IMG/VR virus record: IMGVR_UViG_3300025723_000140
Coordinates: 1 to 27,217 of that record
Strand: one strand, 5' to 3'
DNA from: a virus
Taxonomy: Duplodnaviria; Caudoviricetes
DNA length: 27,217 nt
Shown here piece by piece: positions 9,068-17,162 of the stretch. Position 1 is the stretch's first letter; every line of letters begins with the position of its first letter. Position numbers and translations under genes: made by a program. The notes beneath the pieces are model-generated. The model saw nothing but the letters and a program-made list of their open reading frames with translations. It did no database searches and was not told where the DNA came from.

Positions 9068-10387
9068 TTATCCTTGTGGTAAAAACTTCGATGGATTGAT
9101 GCGCTTACCCTGCTTTTTATTTCCAGTGCGAGCCTTACGAATACGATCCATCATTGCGTACAACTGTTTAGCGCCAGCGTCAGTCGAGCCATTACCTAGA
9201 TGGCTAACCACATCTGCTGGAATTACAAATTCTCCGTCTGCCAAACGAGCTGGCTGACTTTCCCCTATTTTAGCTGGAATATGATCACTCATACCATCGC
9301 CGGGACCTTTTAATAACTGACCGCCGTCTGAGTATGATCCTAGGTTAGCAACCCCATCCCCAGACATAAGACCACCGTTAGCGGCCATTAATGTGCTTAT
9401 TCCTTTGGCTGCGTTAATATCGGCACCAATATTTTGTCCGCCGCTTTGTGCTACGTTATATACATTTTTTGCTGCTTGAATGCCTTTTAGACCTTGAGCA
9501 ACGCTTGGATCTATACCACCCAATGCTCCCCCAATGCCTACACCAGCAGCACCTGTAATTCCGCCTGTAATAATGCCTTTACCAACATCCCCGCCAGTAA
9601 TACCAGCACCAATACCACCTAAAGCACTTCCGGTTAAAGCACCACTAGCTATAGTTCCACCTAAAGCGCCAAGCTCAGGAGCAAGCAAAGGCGCTAATTC
9701 TGGAGCAAAAGCCATTGCAGCTATAGTGGCTGCAGGCATAACCATATTAGATGCGCCAGCAAACATGCCTCCACCATTAGCCGCCTCATTAGCAATACGT
9801 TGTACGTTTACATTACGGGCTTGTTGACTGCTACCACTTAATATTTGTTGAATTTCTGCAGGAGAAAGACCGGCAGCTTGTGCTTGAGCAATAGTATCTT
9901 GAATTTGAGGATTAAGGGCTGCGCCTCTTTCGCCAGTATTTTGACCAATTTGCCAACCTTGTTGGCCGCCTAAAAAGCCAAGTTGGTCTCTATACCATTG
10001 CTGTGGATCTTGTGATTTAGTAGCTGCAAAGTCTTTCCATAGCTGGTCATAGTTTTGGTTAGTTCTATAGTAAGTATTTAATTGGTCTGCTAACTCAGCC
10101 ATTGTTGGGGGTGAAGCTGTTTTGGCAGGAGCTGGATCTTGTACTTGACTTCCATCTTCTCCATCATACCGCAATGCAGCAATACCACCGCTAGCAAAGT
10201 GATCCATTAACTCGCCAGTGACAGGGTTGGTTTTGGCTTCATAACCAGTTTGCATGGCAATATTTTGCGCCCCAGCGGGTAATTGTGAAGGCGTAGCGTA
10301 TTGAGTCCTGTCTTCTTGACTCTGTGGATACATGTTACTGGACATAAAGTCCAAGCTAGGCAAGCCTGTTTGCGGGTTAGAAAGCAT
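9068..10387 (-). CDS. Putative ejection protein with glycine-zipper membrane segment and C-terminal tape-measure-like 'GPGDGMSD...LADGEFVIP' domain
   Basis: 439 aa; central GxxxG-rich hydrophobic stretch; C-terminal KGPGDGMSDHIPA...ARLADGEFVIPADVV; AGGA upstream of the ATG. Confidence 0.65.
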   Translation of the reverse strand: MLSNPQTGLPSLDFMSSNMYPQSQEDRTQYATPSQLPAGAQNIAMQTGYEAKTNPVTGELMDHFASGGIAALRYDGEDGSQVQDPAPAKTASPPTMAELADQLNTYYRTNQNYDQLWKDFAATKSQDPQQWYRDQLGFLGGQQGWQIGQNTGERGAALNPQIQDTIAQAQAAGLSPAEIQQILSGSSQQARNVNVQRIANEAANGGGMFAGASNMVMPAATIAAMAFAPELAPLLAPELGALGGTIASGALTGSALGGIGAGITGGDVGKGIITGGITGAAGVGIGGALGGIDPSVAQGLKGIQAAKNVYNVAQSGGQNIGADINAAKGISTLMAANGGLMSGDGVANLGSYSDGGQLLKGPGDGMSDHIPAKIGESQPARLADGEFVIPADVVSHLGNGSTDAGAKQLYAMMDRIRKARTGNKKQGKRINPSKFLPQG

Positions 10388-10411
10388 AATTGTTTCCTGT
10401 GATTTTTATGG

Positions 10412-10420
10412 ATTTTACCA
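10412..10420 (-). promoter_or_regulatory. Candidate extended -10 promoter element TGGTAAAAT upstream of the ejection genes
   Basis: TGn-TAAAAT in the 34-bp gap, about 25 nt upstream of the 10387 ATG. Confidence 0.35.
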
Positions 10421-10421
10421 T

Positions 10422-10742
10422 TTAAACCTTTACTTTTAAAACATTAGCATTAGCCGTATCCACATAAACATCCCCTACTCTTAGGCTAGATAATTCAACT
10501 TGTGTGGGTAAACTAAGCGTTTGAGTTTTAGAAATAGCGTTTATTTGGCTAAAATTCATTGCTGAAATTACTGTACTTATCCCATTAACGGTGTTTCTTT
10601 GGGTAGAAGCTGCTGATGGTCCAGCGTTATCCAATGTACCAAAATATAAGCGCAATACGTTATTTAACTGATCTTGATACTCTTGGCTGTATTCAGCAGG
10701 TGCAATAGGTAAGTTTGGGCTTTTGGTAGTTCCTGTGCTCAT
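10422..10742 (-). CDS. Small virion protein following the nozzle gene
   Basis: 106 aa, coupled to the nozzle by TAATG; PNLPxAPxEY...LRLYF and GDVYVD...LKV motifs. Confidence 0.7.
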   Translation of the reverse strand: MSTGTTKSPNLPIAPAEYSQEYQDQLNNVLRLYFGTLDNAGPSAASTQRNTVNGISTVISAMNFSQINAISKTQTLSLPTQVELSSLRVGDVYVDTANANVLKVKV

Positions 10743-12907
10743 TAACTTCTCCTACCGTCTGGTCTAATATCAATACGTGGGCTACCCAGCTGCCAAGCTA
10801 CACCCAATGAATCTGATCCAATTCTAAATGCCATTTGGCGACCACGTAGGCGGGTATAGACCTGACCAGTAAACTGTTGGATTGTATAGGCTGGATAATT
10901 AACGTAGTTTTGCGAACTTTGAATAGATGGTACATCTGCTAAACCATATTGTGTACCGCTATTTTGACGTGGTAATAGCGTCATTGTGACGTAAGGTTTA
11001 TTTACATTTGACCCGTTAAAGTTTACATCAGGCAACATTCTCCATACATAACCAAAGTTATGCCCATCCCCAATATCAAAATCCGAAGATTGTACATAGG
11101 AAACGATAGGCACCGTTGCTAGACCAGATGCGTCATCTGTACCAACTTCATGGTAAACAATACGTCCAATTGGGTTTCTTACAGAATCTTGTCCAAGCAC
11201 ATAAGCGCCCATTGGATTTTGACGAATTCCAGAATCTAGCCAAGCCGTGCGGTTCATTGAGCCGTAATACCATACTTGATCTACATAATTGTAAATAACA
11301 TACGTATCAATAACTGTACTATTAAGAGAACAGAAGAACCACCATACTTCATTAAATCCTTCATTTCCACCGCAAGTTACTTGGAACGATTGGTCTTTAT
11401 TAATATTAGAAAATATAAACTGCCGAAGTGCGCAAGGTAATGTTTGTACACGACCAGAATACATATAAAACTTATCCGTACCCATCCAATAAGTAACGTT
11501 GTTAATGGTAATCATGCAATCTGGGGACATAATAGAAATGTTATCCATCAAGATGTTAAATCCCCAAACGTAGGGAGGCCCTAGGTATTGCATAGAATAG
11601 ATAGCAGAATCAGTCCATACTAAAATTTCTTGGCGAGTCGCCCTCGCATTCATAATGTATGAGCCATTGGATAAACGAAATTCACCAGCTTGGTTGGTAA
11701 TAGCAGGAACCCATTGGTAGGGGTTTTGTTGATCTGACCAGCGCACTAACATTGGATCAAACCTACTATTAGAATTATTTGGATCGTATGAGTTAGCGCC
11801 AAAAGCAATTACAAATCGCTGTATAGCTGAAGATACAATCGCATTAGTTTTTATTGGAACCCATACACCAGAACCAGATGAAGCTACGTTTGCTAAATCA
11901 GACAGGTATTGCGCACGAGCACCTACCCCGTTATCTGCAACCCAATAAAATATTTGCCCACCACGTGGAGCAAGAACTAAGTCTTGTCCAAAATTATCAT
12001 TAGACCAAAGCCGTAATTGTTGTCCTACACCTGCACCTGTATCGTATGAAGAACCCCATCCACCACGACTCCAAGGTCCAGCACCCCAACCATTACCTAC
12101 AGAATAAGTAGCTAATCCTACAGGGTATTCGTACTGAACGGTAAGCACGCCACCTGCATTAGATACAGAAGATGTTGTAAAAGTAATGTTTGCTAAATTA
12201 CTATCAGTGCCAGAAACAGCTAATATATAGTTATAGTAAGCAGTATATTTAAAAGTTTGGTGCTCGCTATTAATAGTGGTGTTTGCTATGCCGCCTACAT
12301 TAGAAACAGAACAATTTGAAAAAATAACAAAATCGCCATTATTAGCTTGGTTGGTACTGTCATACCATTGAAAAAATGCACTAGCAATATTAGCGCCTGC
12401 AGTGTGTGTTGTAGCAGTTGTATTGTTAAACCCACGAATACAGTTAGAAGCTACGTTAGAAGTTAATGTGTTGTAAAAAATTTGTTCATTATTTATTTTA
12501 ATAATGCCGTTTTGTGGCGGAAAGTTTGTACTAGCTGTAAAAGTAACGGTATTTGAATTGGATGTTAGATTGGCAGCTAATGTAGTAAAGCCCGTAGATA
12601 TGACATTTGCGTATGAAGAAGTAGCAACGATAGGCGTAATGTCGTTATATACACCGCCTTGTTCTATATAGTATTTAAGGTTTGTGCCAATACCCAGCAA
12701 GTTAGCGCCAGCTAAAGTAGCCCAATTCCATAATGAACGGGCAACACCAAGAAAATAATTAAAACTTAATTTAGACCAGCCACCGATTTTTTCTGGAAAG
12801 CCTGAGCGGAAACGAATTTTATCACCGTCATAATAGCCACCCTCGTTAGAGTAATCCGTACCTTCACGATTTAATCCGGGTCTAAGTTGTATTTTTTGTA
12901 ATGGCAT
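10742..12907 (-). CDS. Tail nozzle / DNA stabilisation protein (P22 gp10 / T7 gp12 positional and likely structural analogue) with inserted beta domain
   Basis: 721 aa, aromatic- and beta-rich; DKIRFRSGFPEKIGGW, VRWSDQ, FNEVWWF, RLRGRQ, DIRPDGRR motifs; upstream of the ejection genes. Confidence 0.75.
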   Translation of the reverse strand: MPLQKIQLRPGLNREGTDYSNEGGYYDGDKIRFRSGFPEKIGGWSKLSFNYFLGVARSLWNWATLAGANLLGIGTNLKYYIEQGGVYNDITPIVATSSYANVISTGFTTLAANLTSNSNTVTFTASTNFPPQNGIIKINNEQIFYNTLTSNVASNCIRGFNNTTATTHTAGANIASAFFQWYDSTNQANNGDFVIFSNCSVSNVGGIANTTINSEHQTFKYTAYYNYILAVSGTDSNLANITFTTSSVSNAGGVLTVQYEYPVGLATYSVGNGWGAGPWSRGGWGSSYDTGAGVGQQLRLWSNDNFGQDLVLAPRGGQIFYWVADNGVGARAQYLSDLANVASSGSGVWVPIKTNAIVSSAIQRFVIAFGANSYDPNNSNSRFDPMLVRWSDQQNPYQWVPAITNQAGEFRLSNGSYIMNARATRQEILVWTDSAIYSMQYLGPPYVWGFNILMDNISIMSPDCMITINNVTYWMGTDKFYMYSGRVQTLPCALRQFIFSNINKDQSFQVTCGGNEGFNEVWWFFCSLNSTVIDTYVIYNYVDQVWYYGSMNRTAWLDSGIRQNPMGAYVLGQDSVRNPIGRIVYHEVGTDDASGLATVPIVSYVQSSDFDIGDGHNFGYVWRMLPDVNFNGSNVNKPYVTMTLLPRQNSGTQYGLADVPSIQSSQNYVNYPAYTIQQFTGQVYTRLRGRQMAFRIGSDSLGVAWQLGSPRIDIRPDGRRS

Positions 12908-12913
12908 AGTGGT

Positions 12914-13429
12914 TTACCCTAACATCTTTAATGCTTCTTCTTTTACTTCATTTACTCTACGTTCCCAACCATTACCAAACACAGAAAAAGTTTTTAGGGA
13001 CTTTAGGAATTGTAATCGACTAGCACAAAAGTTTTCAATTAATTCGTCACTGTTGTGGGTTTTTACGGCAGCCAAAGTAATCGGGCCAATACCACCGTCA
13101 ACAGGAACCCCAACACAACCCTGCAACAACTTAACAGCACTCCCCACCCCGGAATTAACAGCGCAATCAAAAACAGCGTAGTCAACACCAGATACAAGCT
13201 CATCAGCTCTGCAAGCATCCCAGTATTTCCTTTTATATAAAGGGGCAACATCTTCAGCAGTAAGTGCTCTCATTTGCTTCTCATCTACAGGATGCCCAAC
13301 CCATTCTTCCCATACTTTAGCAGTTACGCCAAGGTTACTCATTCCGCCCGGATCACGACTATCATTAACGTAACCGCTTTCATGGATAAGCAATTTTTTT
13401 AAGCAGTTGTTAAAGTTATTTTGCGACAT
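12914..13429 (-). CDS. Endolysin, glycoside hydrolase family 108 with C-terminal peptidoglycan-binding domain
   Basis: HESGYVNDSRDPGGMSNLGVT, YKRKYW, FDCAVNSG, DGGIGPITL, FGNGWERRV. Confidence 0.92.
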   Translation of the reverse strand: MSQNNFNNCLKKLLIHESGYVNDSRDPGGMSNLGVTAKVWEEWVGHPVDEKQMRALTAEDVAPLYKRKYWDACRADELVSGVDYAVFDCAVNSGVGSAVKLLQGCVGVPVDGGIGPITLAAVKTHNSDELIENFCASRLQFLKSLKTFSVFGNGWERRVNEVKEEALKMLG

Positions 13430-13769
13430 TAGCAGCGTTAGGGTTTACTTGGTTAGTAATGGTAGTAACTAAAGTAGTAATTGTCTTTTGCTCTAAATCT
13501 TGATTGATAAGTTTAAATTCTTCCACAGCGCAAGCAATACCAGCAGCAATAGCAGCATCAGTACCGCCTGTAGCCAATCCACTTAAAATAGCCACACCAA
13601 TAGCAGTAACCGCTTGGGTTAAGTCGCTTTTGGCAACAGCTTCTAAAGCAAGAATACAGGCTTTAGCATCTTGTTCGATCATTAAACCGACTGGGTTTGT
13701 ATTTAACCAATTAGCTACTTGATGTTCTATAGCAATTGCGTCTGCTTCTAAGTTTTGAATAAATGTCAT
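13416..13769 (-). CDS. Hypothetical protein in lysis cassette, with a hydrophobic helical hairpin
   Basis: 117 aa, AGGA RBS, overlaps the endolysin start; AVTAIGVAILSGLATGGTDAAIAAGIACAV segment. Confidence 0.65.
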   Translation of the reverse strand: MTFIQNLEADAIAIEHQVANWLNTNPVGLMIEQDAKACILALEAVAKSDLTQAVTAIGVAILSGLATGGTDAAIAAGIACAVEEFKLINQDLEQKTITTLVTTITNQVNPNAANVAK

Positions 13770-13778
13770 TTTGTGTTC

Positions 13779-14078
13779 CTAAAAATAAAATGTTGCATGA
13801 AAATACAAACCATCAAAAATAGGAGCTATTGATGGCGCTTTGTTAAATGGATCTAATGGTTGCTGTGTGTCTTTGCAGGTAAGTCCATCTATATTACAGT
13901 CCTCATTGGACAGAAGTATTATCCCCACTCGGTGATCCGAAGCCCACCCTTTTACTGGTGATAACGCACACGATGCTGTTGACAGCACTAATAATAGCAA
14001 TAAAGCTACCGGCAAACACCGTAATTTCTTCAGTGCTAAACTGAGGTAGGTTGACACCATATTTAATAGCCACCACAT
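13779..14078 (-). CDS. Putative lipoprotein (spanin-like) overlapping the holin in the +1 frame
   Basis: KKLR + LPVALLLLLVL + STASC lipobox-like site; GGAG 6 nt upstream of ATG 14078 (alternative ATG 14060); fills the otherwise empty gap 13779-13902. Confidence 0.6.
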   Translation of the reverse strand: MWWLLNMVSTYLSLALKKLRCLPVALLLLLVLSTASCALSPVKGWASDHRVGIILLSNEDCNIDGLTCKDTQQPLDPFNKAPSIAPIFDGLYFHATFYF

Positions 14079-14199
14079 ATAGCGCTCCCAAAAATGCGGC
14101 TACTGAGTTAACGGTAATGGTACCGTCTTTCCATGCTGTTGGGTTATTAACCTCATTGCCTTTTTTAAACAAGTCAAATAGCGCTAAAATCTTATCCAT
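13903..14199 (-). CDS. Holin-like membrane protein (two predicted TM helices)
   Basis: 98 aa, TAAGGA RBS, two hydrophobic segments, basic TSKRVG near the C-terminus, upstream of the endolysin. Confidence 0.7.
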   Translation of the reverse strand: MDKILALFDLFKKGNEVNNPTAWKDGTITVNSVAAFLGALYVVAIKYGVNLPQFSTEEITVFAGSFIAIISAVNSIVCVITSKRVGFGSPSGDNTSVQ

Positions 14200-14233
14200 A
14201 ATATTTCCTTATTTTGAAATAAAAACTGTTTTA

Positions 14234-14446
14234 TTACCAAGTAATACCAATAACAGGCACAGAAGTAACTGCAATAGCTACGTGTTGTTCTGGATCAGAT
14301 AAATCAGCGCCACAATCATTGCATTTTTTAGCCTCTACTTCAACAGCATCTACATCTCTGTGACACTGTGGGCAATAGATTTCAATTTTATGGGCGCATT
14401 CAGTTATATCTGGCGCTATTTCTTTAGCTTGGTTTTCAATAATCAT
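14234..14446 (-). CDS. Small zinc-ribbon protein
   Basis: CPQC...CNDC; start placed at 14446 (MIIEN) because of an ATGA overlap with the chaperone stop. Confidence 0.7.
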   Translation of the reverse strand: MIIENQAKEIAPDITECAHKIEIYCPQCHRDVDAVEVEAKKCNDCGADLSDPEQHVAIAVTSVPVIGITW

Positions 14447-14820
14447 ACAGAACTCCATTGCTCGGTTGGTTTAGTAGGCCATACTGGTGCAGCTTCAGGA
14501 TATACAGCCAGCTTGCGCAGAGCGCTGCGATAAGTAATAAAGTCTTGTGGGTTTAATAGATACGGTTGAGACTTAGCTGGGTCTGCCACATCAGAAATAG
14601 TTGTCCAGTCGGTTTCATAAAGAAGTTGGCTAGCCTGCTGTTTGCATGCGTTTAGTGGGGCTTGCTGGTCAAGAACAATAATTTCATCGTTAACTTGTTG
14701 TTTTGTAGGTTGTGGAACATCTGGTGATAACCAAGTTATTTGGTTGTAGTCTTCATCCACAATACCAAAACTAGCAGTAGGACATAGGGCTTTAAGAGCC
14801 TGTGAAACTGTGGCGCTCAT
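14443..14820 (-). CDS. Tail fibre assembly chaperone
   Basis: 125 aa; LLYETDWT...YRSALRKL...WPTKP signature; directly after a fibre gene with ATGA overlap. Confidence 0.8.
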   Translation of the reverse strand: MSATVSQALKALCPTASFGIVDEDYNQITWLSPDVPQPTKQQVNDEIIVLDQQAPLNACKQQASQLLYETDWTTISDVADPAKSQPYLLNPQDFITYRSALRKLAVYPEAAPVWPTKPTEQWSSV

Positions 14821-15764
14821 AGAATCTCCAATAGGGTAAGGATTGCTCGTTGCTGGTTGTTATATACAACATATCCACTTGTATTAATATATGGTTGATA
14901 TGTAATAGCCGATGTGGTGTTTGGAGTATCTATAAATTGAAATCCAGAAGTACCGTAAATATTTGTGTCAGTTGAATTTGTAGCGGAAACGCTAAAGTTA
15001 ATGGGTAACCCGCCAGTCAAATTACGACCATTACATACCATAGTGATATAAGAATTTAAGGCAAAGCCAAAGTTTGTTTGGGCACAACCAGCTGTTAACA
15101 TTACCAAGATTTTGCTTGAAGTAGATGTTGGGGTAATAGTTGCAGTGTGGCCTGTTGGGAAGTCTGCACCACCACTATATCCTACTGAGTTTGTATATAC
15201 AGACTGTACTGTTTGAATAATACGGCCTGTAACCCCAGTAATGCCAGAGGCTGTTATAGTACCAGCTACGTTTAAGTTGCCAGTTAGTGTTTCATTTACA
15301 CCATAAATATTACCGCCAGCAGTAACGTTACCTGTAGCATTAAAATCTCCAATAACGCTATTACCAGATCCTGATGCGCTATAAAAATTAGTTCCATCAC
15401 AATAGACTTGAGCAGTTGTACCATTAATAATGCTATAGCCATTTCCACCAGAAGTCTTAATAGTGACATTAGCACCGGATTGGTTTTTTACTACATAGAC
15501 TTTTTGTACTGATGGGGCTATTAAGTTCTGTGGGGCTAAATTATTACCGCCTACTACCAAAACTGCATTACGGGCTTCATCTGAAGCGCCTTGGTAGAAC
15601 GATAGGGTATAAGTAGCATTGGACATGCTGATGGTTTGAACACCAGTAATAGCTTGTTCAACAAGCGTTCCAAAATTATTATTAGTTGTAATACCCCATG
15701 TGCCAGATTGTTCACCTTGTCCGATGAGTTCTAATCCTAACGAGGTTGAATAGGTACTTGCCAT
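14817..15764 (-). CDS. Tail fibre / receptor-binding protein
   Basis: 315 aa; MASTYS...GEQSGTWG..TNNN anchor; C-terminal GRIIQTVQ...TITPTSTSSKILV...DTPNTTSAITY head; AAGGA RBS. Confidence 0.7.
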   Translation of the reverse strand: MASTYSTSLGLELIGQGEQSGTWGITTNNNFGTLVEQAITGVQTISMSNATYTLSFYQGASDEARNAVLVVGGNNLAPQNLIAPSVQKVYVVKNQSGANVTIKTSGGNGYSIINGTTAQVYCDGTNFYSASGSGNSVIGDFNATGNVTAGGNIYGVNETLTGNLNVAGTITASGITGVTGRIIQTVQSVYTNSVGYSGGADFPTGHTATITPTSTSSKILVMLTAGCAQTNFGFALNSYITMVCNGRNLTGGLPINFSVSATNSTDTNIYGTSGFQFIDTPNTTSAITYQPYINTSGYVVYNNQQRAILTLLEIL

Positions 15765-15773
15765 GTTTTTCCT

Positions 15774-17159
15774 TTATGCAGCAACTAGCTGCCAATCAGT
15801 TGTTTCTTCATCATCTACATCTGTCCATGTTACTGGAGGGTCGTTAGTTTCTGCTCCATATCCTGCACCATAACCAATAGTTGCAAATGGCGCACCACCA
15901 AATATTGAACCACCGCCACCATCGTATTTGTAATAAAACACGTTTTGCCAGTTTGGAACCTGAATATCGTCAATTTGACCCCAGACCAACACATTTGCTA
16001 GTATTGTATTACCTTGTACTCCCGTTACATAGACGTTAGCATTAGCTGCAGGAGCTATAGTTCCTACCTGACCAACACCTTGAACGCCTGTAACCCGTAC
16101 AACAATACCCACAAAGACGTTTACATTACCTGTCTGGCCTACTGCTTGTACGCCTGTAACCCGTATATTAGCAGATAAAGTGACATTTACCGAGCCTAAT
16201 TGGGCGTTGGCTTGCACCCCAGTTACCGATACATCAGCGTTTGCTTTGGCTATAACAGTGCCTAATTGGGCAGGGGCTTGTACTCCTGTTAATAAGACGT
16301 TGCTATCGGCATTTGTATTTACTGTGCCTGTTTGTCCAACACCTTGAACGCCCGTTAAACTGATGTTTGCTGTGCCTGTAACTCGTGCAGTGCCAGTCTG
16401 TCCTACTGCTTGAACCCCTGTTACATAGACTGGAGTTGATGCAAGGGCTGTGGCTGTACCTGTTTGACCAACAGCTTGTACGCCTGTTATAGAAGCATTA
16501 GCGCCAGCAGCTACTACGGCAGTACCCGTTTGACCTACACCTTGAACTCCTGTTACTGGGACTACGGCTGCGCCAGCTACGGTTAAAGTTCCTGTTTGTC
16601 CTATGCCTGTAACACTGGTTACTGGGACGTTAGCATAGGCTGTTACTGATGCAGTACCGAGCTGAGTTACACCTTGAACCCCAGTTAAAAATACATTGGC
16701 ATTAGCTGCAGTTGTCGCAGTACCTACTTGACCTACGGCCTGAACTCCTGTCAGGTTTACACCAATACCCTGCTGGACTGCTACCGTGCCAGTTTGTCCT
16801 ACGCCTTGAACACCAGTAACGCTAATTATTTGGTCAGTTTTTAAACTAACTGTACCTGTCTGTCCTACTCCTTGTACACCAGTAGTTATTGCATTTGCAC
16901 CAGCAGTTGCTGAAGCAGTTCCTAGTTGGGTTACACCTACTACGCCTGTTAGGAATACGTTAGCAGAGGCTTGAGTAGTTACTGTACCTGTTTGACCTAT
17001 ACCTGTAACACCTGTTACGCTGACATTAGCAGCGCCTGTAACTGTTGCTGTGCCAAGCTGAGTATTCCCCTGTACGCCCGTTACTGTAACGGATACGCTG
17101 ATTGACGAAATGCCAGCATCCGCAAACGGAGCGCCAGCGAAGGGGAAAAATCCGTACAT
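15774..17159 (-). CDS. Repetitive fibrous virion protein (17 x 22-aa beta repeats)
   Basis: 461 aa; consensus VxVTGVQ(G/A)VGQTGTxxxxAxAN in unbroken register. Confidence 0.75.
   Translation of the reverse strand: MYGFFPFAGAPFADAGISSISVSVTVTGVQGNTQLGTATVTGAANVSVTGVTGIGQTGTVTTQASANVFLTGVVGVTQLGTASATAGANAITTGVQGVGQTGTVSLKTDQIISVTGVQGVGQTGTVAVQQGIGVNLTGVQAVGQVGTATTAANANVFLTGVQGVTQLGTASVTAYANVPVTSVTGIGQTGTLTVAGAAVVPVTGVQGVGQTGTAVVAAGANASITGVQAVGQTGTATALASTPVYVTGVQAVGQTGTARVTGTANISLTGVQGVGQTGTVNTNADSNVLLTGVQAPAQLGTVIAKANADVSVTGVQANAQLGSVNVTLSANIRVTGVQAVGQTGNVNVFVGIVVRVTGVQGVGQVGTIAPAANANVYVTGVQGNTILANVLVWGQIDDIQVPNWQNVFYYKYDGGGGSIFGGAPFATIGYGAGYGAETNDPPVTWTDVDDEETTDWQLVAA
15969..17090 (-). repeat. 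Coding tandem repeat, 17 units of 66 bp
   Basis: Hand-aligned protein repeats from residue 24 to about 397, without indels. Confidence 0.85.
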
Positions 17160-17162
17160 GGA

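Noticed and set aside
15969-17090. CRISPR-like periodicity of 66 bp
   Set aside because: Units are degenerate in-frame codon repeats with no invariant repeat/spacer structure and no cas genes.
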